64,000 nt of DNA, from assembly GCA_963736005.1 (NCBI GenBank), contig CAVTNB010000001.1:1024001-1088000 (forward strand), written 5' to 3'. This DNA comes from an uncultured Pseudomonadota bacterium (GTDB taxonomy: Bacteria; Vulcanimicrobiota; Vulcanimicrobiia; Eremiobacterales; Eremiobacteraceae). The notes beneath the pieces were generated by a model. That model made no database searches and had not been told where the DNA came from. It saw only the letters and a list, made by a program, of their open reading frames with translations. The translations under genes and the position numbers were made by a program. Positions 31,201-40,203 of the stretch are shown here, piece by piece (position 1 is the stretch's first letter; every line of letters begins with the position of its first letter).

Positions 31201-31592
31201 GCTGAGGAGCGGACGACTACGGTGCCGAGGACTTTGGGTCCGGCCTGCACCGCAAGCGCGACACTCACGTCGACTGCCTGACCGGCAACTACTTCGAACG
31301 ACGAGGTTGTCACTGGGGCATACCCGCTTTTGGCGATGCGAGCCGTGTAGATGCCCGCGGGGGTGTCCACGAAGGTCACTTTGCCATTGGTGGTCGTGAG
31401 TTCGCTTGACATCACCGGGCCTTCGAGCAGGACGCGCGCATAGGCGAGCGGTGCATTGGTGGAGGCGTCGGTTACCGTTATGTTGATCTGGCCGTCTTGC
31501 GATTGTGCAAAGCTCGCTGTCGGCGCAAAAGCCATACCGATGCAAGCCGCCAACAATGAGCCAACGAGTTTGAGTGCTATGAGCCGTCGCAT
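28230..31592 (-). CDS. TonB-dependent receptor-like outer membrane protein with ~320-aa C-terminal extension
   Basis: Signal peptide, carboxypeptidase-regulatory-like domain, plug (LNKLAGV..ISLEG..TQVMLDGIP..GGSVN), barrel end NIFNK...PRTLQVTYSV, then Gly-rich linker and a duplicated domain; start ATG 31592 or 31625. Confidence 0.8.
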   Translation of the reverse strand: MRRLIALKLVGSLLAACIGMAFAPTASFAQSQDGQINITVTDASTNAPLAYARVLLEGPVMSSELTTTNGKVTFVDTPAGIYTARIAKSGYAPVTTSSFEVVAGQAVDVSVALAVQAGPKVLGTVVVRSSANISSASISQDSPIRKLSTSLNDALNKLAGVSVNTDSSSDDAPQTISLEGHDPSQTQVMLDGIPLNGPGTAGDLRMISSDLFGGASVSFNPVAGALGGSVNYRTLEPTRAWQSGITQMFGGLSGASTILSLQGSSGNVGVAYVHAIRGSDNLLAGQQFLDTSGFDYVHQGANQTGGDLLKLRANIGGTQSLSGMFISSNGYNDALCTVQTGPIPCGYGPGNSNYRHLALESLSDQAFVGLTSVQLSLFGTQTNQTRDLLHQYIDGTYSPFGTNTKGTTRGASLTAQLPAKERHTISFQATTSSSNQQSVALVPTEALFGNGQGNSSYSSFSLVDTIRSNDRLTLGEHVGLSSANHMGASLLAGVNAQWDPTQYDAFAGNVDFGNNGAGPPRFGVLSDPTQLQFDCASGTAYGFGPGDNPGTQTAFSARATWQHDWPHLGDLSASLYRQVQNDVLLNAQVNGSAFPPGYFPPGYFQTIGQIFGSAGGCDEPTALFTPSDLYLNVPVSGVQEIFEGVSLQGDFNVTKTLAAEPFYSTQVVKPITSDPRLSDAFSSLISGSQMPGVPLHQGGITLDYRAFNSPLEILADGRFTSPDNRQYLPGYVTADAGLGYDFTHGTLSISESNIFNKFGYEFASSSYAVGPPTVGAGALPVIARPLAPRTLQVTYSVTVGSGQTAAQAKQWHTASTPQRQNGFFGPGEGGPGRQGGGGGFFASGAAGLPQTPPADPFAVDTSRQSCTTQAASTATQTLAAIKAYVAAIEAAKTAQGYPATLSAQMPNVPGFAIGYHPEGSTYALTFEPQSFDVMRGFFGCATLHIGTKDQATALHLYVPTSSSFFRSPLAYMPAAGLYIVRQPPVAGQEQFRVYRLPSAPPAQPLDIVNSDRCSADLKPVAQQLLASLTQYIAAKSAGTATPAPPSGWTVTPHTAAKGWWLELQPQAPIAIPALLNCAKISAGTEQDVTSAGLGGARLPAVNFAPALGLYILRNQPLPSP

Positions 31593-31634
31593 GAGCTGCG
31601 ACCGCTGTATCCACGCCACTTTCATGTCTTGTCT

Positions 31635-31667
31635 AGTGTATCCGAGACGCCTTGGATGCAACTGAGA
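31635..31667 (-). promoter_or_regulatory. promoter TCTCAG-N5-TCCAAG-N10-TACACT for the TBDR
   Basis: Same architecture as 28189-28221 and 32905-32937. Confidence 0.6.
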
Positions 31668-31722
31668 AATGGCTCATTTTTGGGCCGAGCAGGGGTGAAC
31701 AAAGCGGGGGAAAAGCGTGCAT

Positions 31723-31755
31723 TCTGAGGCTATATTAAGCCTTCCGTCATACAAT
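31723..31755 (+). promoter_or_regulatory. promoter TCTGAG-N5-ATTAAG-N10-TACAAT for the response regulator (putative autoregulation)
   Basis: Same spacing; the -10 lies 9 nt before ATG 31765. Confidence 0.5.
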
Positions 31756-31764
31756 GAGTCCGAA

Positions 31765-32448
31765 ATGCCGAAAGAATCCAAGATTCTTGTGGTTGACGAC
31801 GAGCGCTCCATGCGGGATATGCTTTGTTTGGGTCTCCAACAACAAGGCTATGCGGTGAGGGACTTGCCCGACGGTCGGGGGATCGAAACGTTCATTGGAG
31901 AGTGGCAGCCGGATGCGATTATCTTGGACGTCATGATGCCGTTTGCCGATGGCTTCACGCTGCTCCCCATCATCCGGCGGCGTACGCAGGCGCCGGTCAT
32001 CATGTTGACTGCTAAGTCGGATATCAAGGACCGGGTCACCGGACTCGAACTTGGCGCGGACGACTACGTCCCCAAACCTTTTGCGTTTCCCGAACTCGTC
32101 AGCCGTTTGGAAGCCGCGCTGCGCCGGCCGCATATTTCAGTACCGGAGTTTCTTCGGTTCGAGGATCTCAGCGTGAATCTCAAAACGCGCGAGGTGACGC
32201 GAGACGGCAAGTCGATTTCGTTGACGAACAAAGAATTTACTCTCCTCACCACACTCATGCGCGAACCTCGCCGGATTTTCAGCAAAGACGAGCTGCTAGG
32301 GCTTGTGTGGGGCGAAGACTTCGAAGGCGAAGTGGGCAACGTGGAAACGTATATCTCATATCTTCGCGCGAAGATCGACGCAGATGCGCCGACGAAGCTC
32401 ATCCATACCGTCCGGGGCGCTGGCTATTCATTGCGAAGCGCTAAGTAA
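31765..32448 (+). CDS. OmpR-family response regulator, MprA-like
   Basis: ILVVDD, ILDVMMP, PVIMLTA, GADDYVPKPF, VETYISYLRAKI, LIHTVRGAGY. Confidence 0.93.
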   Translation: MPKESKILVVDDERSMRDMLCLGLQQQGYAVRDLPDGRGIETFIGEWQPDAIILDVMMPFADGFTLLPIIRRRTQAPVIMLTAKSDIKDRVTGLELGADDYVPKPFAFPELVSRLEAALRRPHISVPEFLRFEDLSVNLKTREVTRDGKSISLTNKEFTLLTTLMREPRRIFSKDELLGLVWGEDFEGEVGNVETYISYLRAKIDADAPTKLIHTVRGAGYSLRSAK

Positions 32449-32456
32449 AATCGAGA

Positions 32457-32526
32457 GGGGCGATTTTCCAATCACCCCGTACACGCGCGGATAAATTCGC
32501 GCGACTACATGCGCCAAATTCGCGCG
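32457..32526. repeat. composite REP cluster: class A (32457-32482), class B (32484-32508) and a partial class B
   Basis: GGGGCGATTTTCCAATCACCCCGTAC followed by CGCGCGGATAAATTCGCGCGACTAC, between convergent genes. Confidence 0.8.
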
Positions 32527-32856
32527 CTAGACGATAACGATATCCGCGAAGCGCATCAAGTCTGAAACTTGCAACAGACCCTGAAGGCGCTCGCCCGCGA
32601 TCACAGTGACTTTGTGACCGTTTCGGCTCAGGTCCCTGACCGCTTTGACGAACGTTCCCCAAGCGTTCGAGGCGACGGACTGTGTTCGACGAAGGTCGAG
32701 CGCGGCATCTGCATGCGATACGCGCTGGGCGTGTCGTTGGAAGCGACGCATCGCCTTACAGGCATCGGGGCCGAGCACTTCGTCGAACACGAGCGTTGCG
32801 GGCACAGCTAATGGGACGTTCGGTTTGTTTGTTGCGTGCATGAAGAGGTTTGACAA
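32527..32856 (-). CDS. STAS-domain (anti-sigma antagonist-like) protein
   Basis: ALDLRRTQSVASNAWGTFVKAVRDLSRNGHKVTVI..RLQGLLQVSDL follows the STAS pattern; start may be ATG 32841. Confidence 0.6.
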   Translation of the reverse strand: MSNLFMHATNKPNVPLAVPATLVFDEVLGPDACKAMRRFQRHAQRVSHADAALDLRRTQSVASNAWGTFVKAVRDLSRNGHKVTVIAGERLQGLLQVSDLMRFADIVIV

Positions 32857-32904
32857 TCCTTAATGGGCGGGCGGCGAATCGGTGTCATTCGCCGCCACAC
32901 AACA

Positions 32905-32937
32905 AGTGTATCGCGGGATTCTCAAATTTCGCTGAGA
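32905..32937 (-). promoter_or_regulatory. promoter TCTCAG-N5-TTTGAG-N10-TACACT for the STAS gene
   Basis: Same architecture; a 10-bp-stem hairpin (32870-32896) starts right after the predicted start site. Confidence 0.6.
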
Positions 32938-32963
32938 AAAAGAATTAAGTTTTCCTGAAGAGA

Positions 32964-34451
32964 CTAATTTCGGGCCGCGTGCTGCCAGGCGGGAAATCGA
33001 AGCTCGACTGTTGTGCCCTTACCGAGAGACGATTCGAGCGACACCGAACCGCCTGCTCGCTCGACTGCGCGCTCTACGATGGCAAGGCCTAGGCCGGAGC
33101 CGGAGATCGAACCACCCATTTCACCGCGGGAGAATCGTTCGAAGGCTCGCGCGCGAATTTCGGGGGTCATGCCTGGTCCGTCATCGCTCACAGCAATGAA
33201 AACGGAGTCGCCTCGCGCTTTCACGTTTGCTTGGATGTGCGAGCGGGGGGCGTACTTGAGGGCATTGTCGATAAGATTGCCTATGGCTTCGTGCAATTCA
33301 GACTCGGAAACCTGAACGAACGAATCATGCTGCGCCTGCAAGCTAAGCGTTGCGCCATTCGCGAGGGGACGAAACGACTCGACGACGTTTTGGGCAATAT
33401 CAGCGGCGTCGAGAATCTTGACGTCGTGCGGTTCCTGGCTCTCAAGCCGTGTTAGTAAGAGCAGCTTTTGGATGAGTACGCTCATGCGTTTGCCTTGTTC
33501 GTCGATTTCCGAGAAGACGCGAGCGGACATTTCGGCGTCCGTCCGCACGCCTTGGCGCAGCAGCTGCACATAGCCCATGATCACGGCGAGCGGCGTGCGC
33601 AGCTCGTGGCCGGCGTCCGCCACGAACTGGGTAATCTTGCCTTCCACTTCGGTACGCTGCTTCGAGGCTGATTGCATCTCACTCGCGACTTCGTTATAAG
33701 CCTCAACGAGTTCGGACGCATCTTCGTCTTGCGGATCGAATGTTTCAAGACGCGCATAGTCACCATGCGCAAGCCGGAGCAGGCCGGTTCGCAGCCGTTC
33801 CATAGGCCGCAGTGCGCCTGCAAACATCCGGCGCCCAAGCAGCAAGACTAAAACGAAGGTCACTGCTACAAGCGCAAGCGCGACGAGACGCTCGAGGTTT
33901 TGAATTGAGTCGATCGCATCTTGGGTCGGCTGAAAGAGGACCATGCCTCCGCTGATCGGCACAAAGGATATTGGCTCGGTCATCGTCGCGAACGGCCAGC
34001 GAATGAAGGTTATCCCGTGCGCCGTCGGTGGGTGCATGACGTACAGCGTGCCGCGAAAACCAATATCGGGTATCCCGCCGGAGCCGGATGGCAAACCAAC
34101 CGGTGGCCCAGGAGGACTCGCTGGGAAACGTAATGGCCGATCGGCTGCAAGCTCGGCGCTGCCGGCGAGCAGTTTCCCCGAGTTGTCGACAACTGCCGCC
34201 GTGTACCCAGAAGCTGAGGTGATGAGGGCAACGATCTCTTGGGCGATTTGGGTTGGCGTCTTATTTTGGCTTTGCAGATACTGCGCTGTGTGCTGAACGT
34301 CGTCTGCAATCCGGGCGCGGGCGTTGGCATCAAACCATAAGTTGGGAGCTACCAGGCTCAGCCCCCAGGACATGATCGCGAAAACCAGCAGCGAGCAGAC
34401 AGCCGCGATCGCAGCGAGCCCAAGACTAGAGGTCCAGCTTCGTCGAGTCAC
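32964..34451 (-). CDS. membrane sensor histidine kinase (HAMP-HisKA-HATPase)
   Basis: Two TM helices, FVADAGHELRTPL, NLIDNALKY, VSDDGPG, GSGLGLAIV. Confidence 0.93.
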   Translation of the reverse strand: MTRRSWTSSLGLAAIAAVCSLLVFAIMSWGLSLVAPNLWFDANARARIADDVQHTAQYLQSQNKTPTQIAQEIVALITSASGYTAAVVDNSGKLLAGSAELAADRPLRFPASPPGPPVGLPSGSGGIPDIGFRGTLYVMHPPTAHGITFIRWPFATMTEPISFVPISGGMVLFQPTQDAIDSIQNLERLVALALVAVTFVLVLLLGRRMFAGALRPMERLRTGLLRLAHGDYARLETFDPQDEDASELVEAYNEVASEMQSASKQRTEVEGKITQFVADAGHELRTPLAVIMGYVQLLRQGVRTDAEMSARVFSEIDEQGKRMSVLIQKLLLLTRLESQEPHDVKILDAADIAQNVVESFRPLANGATLSLQAQHDSFVQVSESELHEAIGNLIDNALKYAPRSHIQANVKARGDSVFIAVSDDGPGMTPEIRARAFERFSRGEMGGSISGSGLGLAIVERAVERAGGSVSLESSLGKGTTVELRFPAWQHAARN

Positions 34452-34516
34452 GTTTTCTTATTCTACCCTTTGCGTTCCATTCTTGCGCATGAGTCTGGGA
34501 CCCGGCTGGGAATGGC

Positions 34517-35953
34517 CTAATCTTCGCGCGAAAAGCTCACGTCTTGCACGTCGCCGTTCGAGCCCAGTTGCACCCAGTAACTGACGACGGCTGAGGGGTA
34601 GAACAAACGGTAGATCTCGGACACACCCTCAGTATGGGCATCTCGACCGAGAAAAATCATTCGCTTTAGTCTTCCGTACCCCGCGAGCATGCGTTGCAGG
34701 GCGGCAACGTGCAGTGGCGTCATTTGCTTGTTCAAATCCGGCGTCAATTTCGTCGAATCCAGGCGTCCAGCGGTCAATTCCGCCAAGACGATTTGGGCCA
34801 GCCTGGTCGCTCTTGGATTCTCTCCGGCGACCGATGTCAATTCGACCGCGTGTTCTGCCAGACTCGGATGTTCGAAAATTGCGAAGATCTCGCGCGCGAG
34901 GAACTCCTCATTGAATCCATCGGTATTGCTGAGCAAGATGACGACAAAGCGGTCATCGGGGAACGTGACGTTCTCACCCGAGTATCCCGTCCACTCGCCT
35001 TGATGCGCGATCTCGCGATGCCCGTATGCCGAGTCGATCCCCAACCCGAACCCATAGTTGTACGTCGTTTCGGCGCCGTGTGGACCCGGGGTCATCATCA
35101 TCTTAAGCAATTTCTCGTTGACGACCCGTCCGGAATCGAGCGCGTCGTCCCACTTCACTAAGTCGAGGGCCGTTGTGTTGACACCGCCATCCGGGTAGTC
35201 GAGAATCGACACGCCCTGTGGCGGCGTCAACGTAGTCCGACCGTTGACGACCGTGTAGCCGAGAGCGCCATCTGGCATGTTGATGGGGGTCGTCCCTATG
35301 CTGGTTGCACGCAGCTGCAGCGGCATGATGATGCGCTTGGTTAGAAAGGTATCGAACGGCATGCCGCTTGCTTTGCTGACGATAATTCCCGCCAAGACAT
35401 AGTTGCTGTTGGAGTACTCATACCTCGCGCCAGGCGGGAAGCGTAGCGGTGCTTTTTCAACCGCGGCGAGAATCTTCGGCAGCGAAAGAGAATTGGCGTC
35501 GAGGAGGTCGAGATAGTCGGCCAAGCCTGACGTGTGATTGAGCAGATTGCGAATCGTGATCCGCTCGCCGTTTGGGAAACCGGGGAGAAAGCGAGAAATG
35601 GGATCATCCACGTTGAGCTTACCGTCTTGTTGGAGAAGCATCACACACGCGGCCGTGAACTGCTTGGTCATCGACGCGATGTTGTAGATGGTCTGTGGCG
35701 TGGCAGGCAAGCGTTTTGCGAGATTGCGGTATCCGTAGGCTTGGGCGTAGAGCACCACCCCGTTGCGAGCTACTGCCAGCGACAAGCTGGCGAGGTGCTG
35801 GTGCTGGAGCGCCCCGTTTGCGAGGGCGTCAACTTGCGGCCTCCAAGCAGGTGTTGGCGTTGCAGCCGTTGTGGCCAATGCGCCGTGACGGCATGCGCTG
35901 ATCAAGAGCGCAAGCCCGCAGATGACAAGGAGAGCGATGTTCTGTCGCTTCAT
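34517..35953 (-). CDS. serine hydrolase, beta-lactamase/AmpC-like family, lipoprotein
   Basis: ISAC lipobox, SMTK, YSNSNY, HQG; paralog of 3122..4333. Confidence 0.85.
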   Translation of the reverse strand: MKRQNIALLVICGLALLISACRHGALATTAATPTPAWRPQVDALANGALQHQHLASLSLAVARNGVVLYAQAYGYRNLAKRLPATPQTIYNIASMTKQFTAACVMLLQQDGKLNVDDPISRFLPGFPNGERITIRNLLNHTSGLADYLDLLDANSLSLPKILAAVEKAPLRFPPGARYEYSNSNYVLAGIIVSKASGMPFDTFLTKRIIMPLQLRATSIGTTPINMPDGALGYTVVNGRTTLTPPQGVSILDYPDGGVNTTALDLVKWDDALDSGRVVNEKLLKMMMTPGPHGAETTYNYGFGLGIDSAYGHREIAHQGEWTGYSGENVTFPDDRFVVILLSNTDGFNEEFLAREIFAIFEHPSLAEHAVELTSVAGENPRATRLAQIVLAELTAGRLDSTKLTPDLNKQMTPLHVAALQRMLAGYGRLKRMIFLGRDAHTEGVSEIYRLFYPSAVVSYWVQLGSNGDVQDVSFSRED

Positions 35954-36000
35954 GCGCGGTCATTTTTCCACGCAGCGTCGAAGTTCCGGCCCTTTGGCTT

Positions 36001-37050
36001 CTATGGGACCCGGTTCGCGGGCGGAGTCGCATGCAACCCCGGCAGCACGCTATCGATACTACTGGGCGATCGGGTATTGGTGCGCGCGAGCATGTCGTGC
36101 CAGGCGCGTCCAAAAGCATCCTTGATCGTGCCTATAGAGTGCAAGCCGCCGGGTTGTTCATAATAATGCGCGTCGATACCGCTCGCAAGAAGCATGTCGT
36201 AGTTTTTCTTCATGTAGCCCTGCGGTACGATAGGGTCGTTCGAGCCGACGACCAAAAAGACCGGAACGCGTTGCAGTCCGTGCAGAGCGGCGGTAATATC
36301 CTCAGTCACCATGCCGCCTGAGGCGGCTAAGACCGCGGCCCAGACATCCGGGTGCTTCGGACCGACGATGAAAACGCCGTAGCCGCCCATCGAGTGACCC
36401 GCAAGATAGATGCGATGCGGATCGACGTTGAACGCTTGGCGTCCGACGTCTACGGCGGCATACACGTCGGTTGAAGCAGGATCGACATACTGGCTATCCC
36501 CGCGGGCATACGGCGCGATGACAATCGTCCCGCCGGCGTCCGCGGCGGCGCGCACCCACGGCGAAGCGATCATATCGTTCTCAGAGTCGCCTCGTCCGTG
36601 TAAAAGCACGACAAGCGGGGTTGGCTTTTTCGGGTCGTACGAGTGTGGCACATAGGCAGCAAGCGGCTGCATGGTGCCGTCCGCGGGCGTTTTGTAGACA
36701 GTGTCATCGGCGCCACGCACGGCGGCGAGTGGATGAAAGCGGCCGGTGGCAAGCTGGTCGACCAGACTTGCGTCGAGCCTCGCCAAGTAGGTGTTGTACT
36801 CGAGAAAATCGGCGGCGCTCATCCAAGGCGGTTTTGCTGCAGGCTCGATGCCCGAAGAATCGGAGTCGATTCGCGCCTCGAGGTCGACCGCGATGCCTGA
36901 GCGCGCATTAATCTGGGAAAAAGATTGGATGAGTTCGGTGTGGGCCGCGGTCATTTGATCTCGTAGCCCTTGCGTTGCGTCAGGTGCGGCGAGCGCAACT
37001 GAAGCGGTGACGGCGAGCGTGCAAACTGCGGCGAGAGTACGAGCACCCAT
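36001..37050 (-). CDS. secreted alpha/beta hydrolase (esterase/peptidase)
   Basis: Signal peptide, PLVVLLHG, IYLAGHSMGGYG, GSNDPIV, GGLH. Confidence 0.8.
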   Translation of the reverse strand: MGARTLAAVCTLAVTASVALAAPDATQGLRDQMTAAHTELIQSFSQINARSGIAVDLEARIDSDSSGIEPAAKPPWMSAADFLEYNTYLARLDASLVDQLATGRFHPLAAVRGADDTVYKTPADGTMQPLAAYVPHSYDPKKPTPLVVLLHGRGDSENDMIASPWVRAAADAGGTIVIAPYARGDSQYVDPASTDVYAAVDVGRQAFNVDPHRIYLAGHSMGGYGVFIVGPKHPDVWAAVLAASGGMVTEDITAALHGLQRVPVFLVVGSNDPIVPQGYMKKNYDMLLASGIDAHYYEQPGGLHSIGTIKDAFGRAWHDMLARTNTRSPSSIDSVLPGLHATPPANRVP

Positions 37051-37093
37051 GGTTTACTTGATTATACCACGCGTGCCAATGAGAATGGGCTTA

Positions 37094-37161
37094 CGCGCGA
37101 ATAAATCCGCGCGATGATGTGGGGAATTTGCCAAAAAGCGGACCTAAAGGTCAGCTGCTAC
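37094..37161. repeat. REP class B (37094-37114) and class C (37137-37161)
   Basis: CGCGCGAATAAATCCGCGCGA and AGCGGACCTAAAGGTCAGCTGCTAC. Confidence 0.75.
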
Positions 37162-40158
37162 ATTAACGAGTGGAAGGTCTGGGCCGCTCGTGCGTAAGCA
37201 GTTTTGAGCGATGCCGCGATTTGGGCTTGGGTCTGTGTTGGTGCTTGGTAGGAACTGCTGGAGATGCGGCCGATAAGATCCAGCAAACGATCGCGCAGGC
37301 CGGCCGGGACGCCGAGATCTTCAACGTTTTTCGCATCGTACGTCAACTGCGCCCGAAACGCGACGAGCGAAGCGCGCTTTATGCCCCAGGTTGGGTGCCC
37401 GCAACTGCTTGTCGATCTGGTTGAGCATCGCATCGACCCCTCCCAGTTCACCAAAAAGCTCGGCTAGGGTCGCGTGGCGCTGTTGCAGTTGATCGAGCGT
37501 GCTCGGGTCGCGCGGATCCGCCTTGACCACGACTTGCTGTTGCTGGGTAATGCCATCCACCTGCAGACGCACTGTGTACGTCCCCGGCAACACTTCTGCT
37601 CCGGTTCCGGGTCCCTGATTGTCTTTGAACGTGCCAAGCCACTTCGTTGGTCCATCTTCGGTGAGGTCCCATGCGGTGCGGTTGAATCCCGCAACGCGTG
37701 GCACGCTCTTGCCGCTTAAATGGCGAACGACATGTCCCTGTGCGTCCAAGATTTGAATGCTGGCCGCGCGGTGCGTGCTCGAAGCCAGCGCATAGGTGAT
37801 GAGCGCTCCATATTTTACGTTAGGGCCGTGGAAAATGTTACTCGGCAATGTGTTATCTGTGAACGAGTTGATTGGACTCCACTGCCACCAGCGATACGCA
37901 TCGCGCGGTGCAAAGAGCGTCACCGTGCTGCTCGTGGTCGAACTCAATTGTTGCAGTGGCCGCAGATCGTCAAACACCCACACCCCACGGCCATGCGTCG
38001 CCACCAACAGATCGTTGCGCTGCGGTTGGATTTCGAGGTCGTACACGGCGCTGGCTGGCATATTCAGCCGCAGCGAGCGCCAGTGCCCACCGCCGTCCCA
38101 TGATGCCCACACGCCACGTCGCGTACCTGCGTACAAGAGGTTGGCATTTTGCGGATCTTGGCGGATGCTTCGGACGAAGAGGTCGTTCGGGAGATCGCTT
38201 GAGATCGACCGCCACGTCGCGCCGTAGTCGTGCGTTGCGAAAAGATGGGGACTATCATCGCCAAGCATATGGTTGTCGACCGCGATGAAGGCGGTGGCTG
38301 CGTTCTGGCGGCTCGCCTCGACCGTCGCCACGCGTCCCCAATACGGTGCCGCATGCGGCGTGACGTTAGCCCAATGGATGCCGCCGTCGCGGGTCAACTG
38401 CACGAGGCCGTCGTCCGTTCCCACCCAGAGCGTCGCGTTATCAACCGGCGATGGAGCGATCGTGAGAATCGTATCTGAGGTTTCTGCTCCCGACGTGTCC
38501 GCGTCGATCGGACCGCCCGGGGTCTGCTGGTGCGCTCTCACGTTGCGGGTGAGGTCCGGGCTGATCATGGTCCAGGATTGGCCGCGATCGGAACTTTCGA
38601 ACACGGTATTGCCGCCGACCAACGCTTTTCCATCTGCCGTAAACGCGATGGGTGAGTCCCAGTTGAAGCGGTGCGCGAGCGTGCTCGCGGCAAGGCCGCC
38701 ATTCAGTTCGGCATCGGGCGAGACCTCATACGCTTGCTGCGTCCGCGAGTCCCAAAGATACACTTGGCCAGAACCGCTCGCGGTTGAGGTGGACCAGATG
38801 AGATGCTGATCTAGGGGATCGTACACTGCCCACATGCCGTCCCCAGGTCCGATTGTCCACCAGTCGCGATTCAACACCCCGAGACCGCTGTCGCTATTGG
38901 AAGGCCCGCACCACGAGCTGTCATCTTGCAGACCGACACACACGTGGTAATTCGGCAGCGCGTTGTCGAAACCAACGTGATACGTTTGCGAGAAAGGCAA
39001 GTCATACGGTTGACGCCAGGTCGAGCCGCTGTCTGATGAGAGGATGGCGCCTTCGTCGGTTCCCACAGCGACGCGTCGGCCGTCGGCCGACCACCACACG
39101 GCGTGATAGTCCCAGCCTGCGTTTGCGGAAATCACGTGAAAGCTGCGGCCGCCGTTGATCGACATTGAAAGTTCGAGCCCCACGCTGATGAGACGGTCAG
39201 GATTCGCCGGATCCAAGGTGATGCGACTGAAGTAAAAAGGCCGCGCGCCCACCAGATAACTGTGTGGCATCAGGCGCCATGATGCGCCTCCATTATCTGA
39301 GCGCCACACATCACCAGCCTTTGATTGGATGATCGCATACACGCGACCATTTGAGCCAGCAGAGATACCAATGCGGCCCATCGGACCATCGGGCAAGCCA
39401 TGACCGCTAAGCTTGCGCCAGCTGTTGCCGCCGTCGTCGGACCGAAACAGGCCGTCTTGCAAACCGCCGCTGATCATCGTCCAGGGTTTGCGGCGAAGTT
39501 GATAGAGGCCGGCGAAAATTGTGTCGGGCGAATTCGGTACGCGCGCGAGATCCGAAACACCCGTCGAAGGGCCGACGAAGAGAGCCCGCCGCCAGTTCAC
39601 GCCGCCGTCTGAGGTAACGTAGACTCCCCGCATTTGACTATCGCGAAAGATTTGTCCGAGGACGCCGACGACAACTCGGCGCGAATCGCGCGGGTCGATG
39701 GAGATGCTCGAGATGGATCCCGCATCGTCAAGTCCCAGGTGCTTCCAGGTCTTGCCGCCGTCTGTGGAGTGCCAGATGCCGTCGCCCGTCGCGACGGTGT
39801 TACGCGGGTTCGATTCGCCTGTGCCGACCCAGATATCATTCGCGTTGTTCGGCGCTATCGCGATGGCGCCGATGGCAGCCGCGCTCGCTTGGTCGAAGAT
39901 TGGCGTCCACGTCGAACCACCGTCGCTGCTTTTGAACACGCCACCGTCGGCGCCACCAGCGAAATAGAGCTGATCGTCCAGATTCGTCCCGATGACGGCC
40001 GTCGTTCGGCCGACCCCAATGGCTGGACCAATGCCGCGATAGGAAAGCCCGGTCAAGCTTGGTGTCGCGGCGGCAGCTGCGCGCCACATTCCAAGGAAGA
40101 GTGCAAGCACGAAAACCAAGAGCACAGATAGGTTAAGGCGTCTCGTCATAGTCACCAT
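37158..40158 (-). CDS. secreted BNR/VPS10-like beta-propeller protein with an apparent +1 frameshift near 37385
   Basis: Paralog of 6016..9180 (Asp-boxes, RFNWDSP, DLLVATHGRG); its C-terminus LTYDAKNVED..GLRDRL, matching LTANFHNDED..GALREDL, lies in the 37158..37454 frame. Confidence 0.8.
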
Positions 40159-40203
40159 AAATAATTCGCGTCGCTTTGAAAAACCTTTGAACGCTTCATC
40201 AGG

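Noticed and set aside
34452..34516. TCTCAG-type box upstream of the sensor kinase
   Set aside because: A single TCCCAG is present but there is no partner at 11-bp spacing and no N10 distance to the -10
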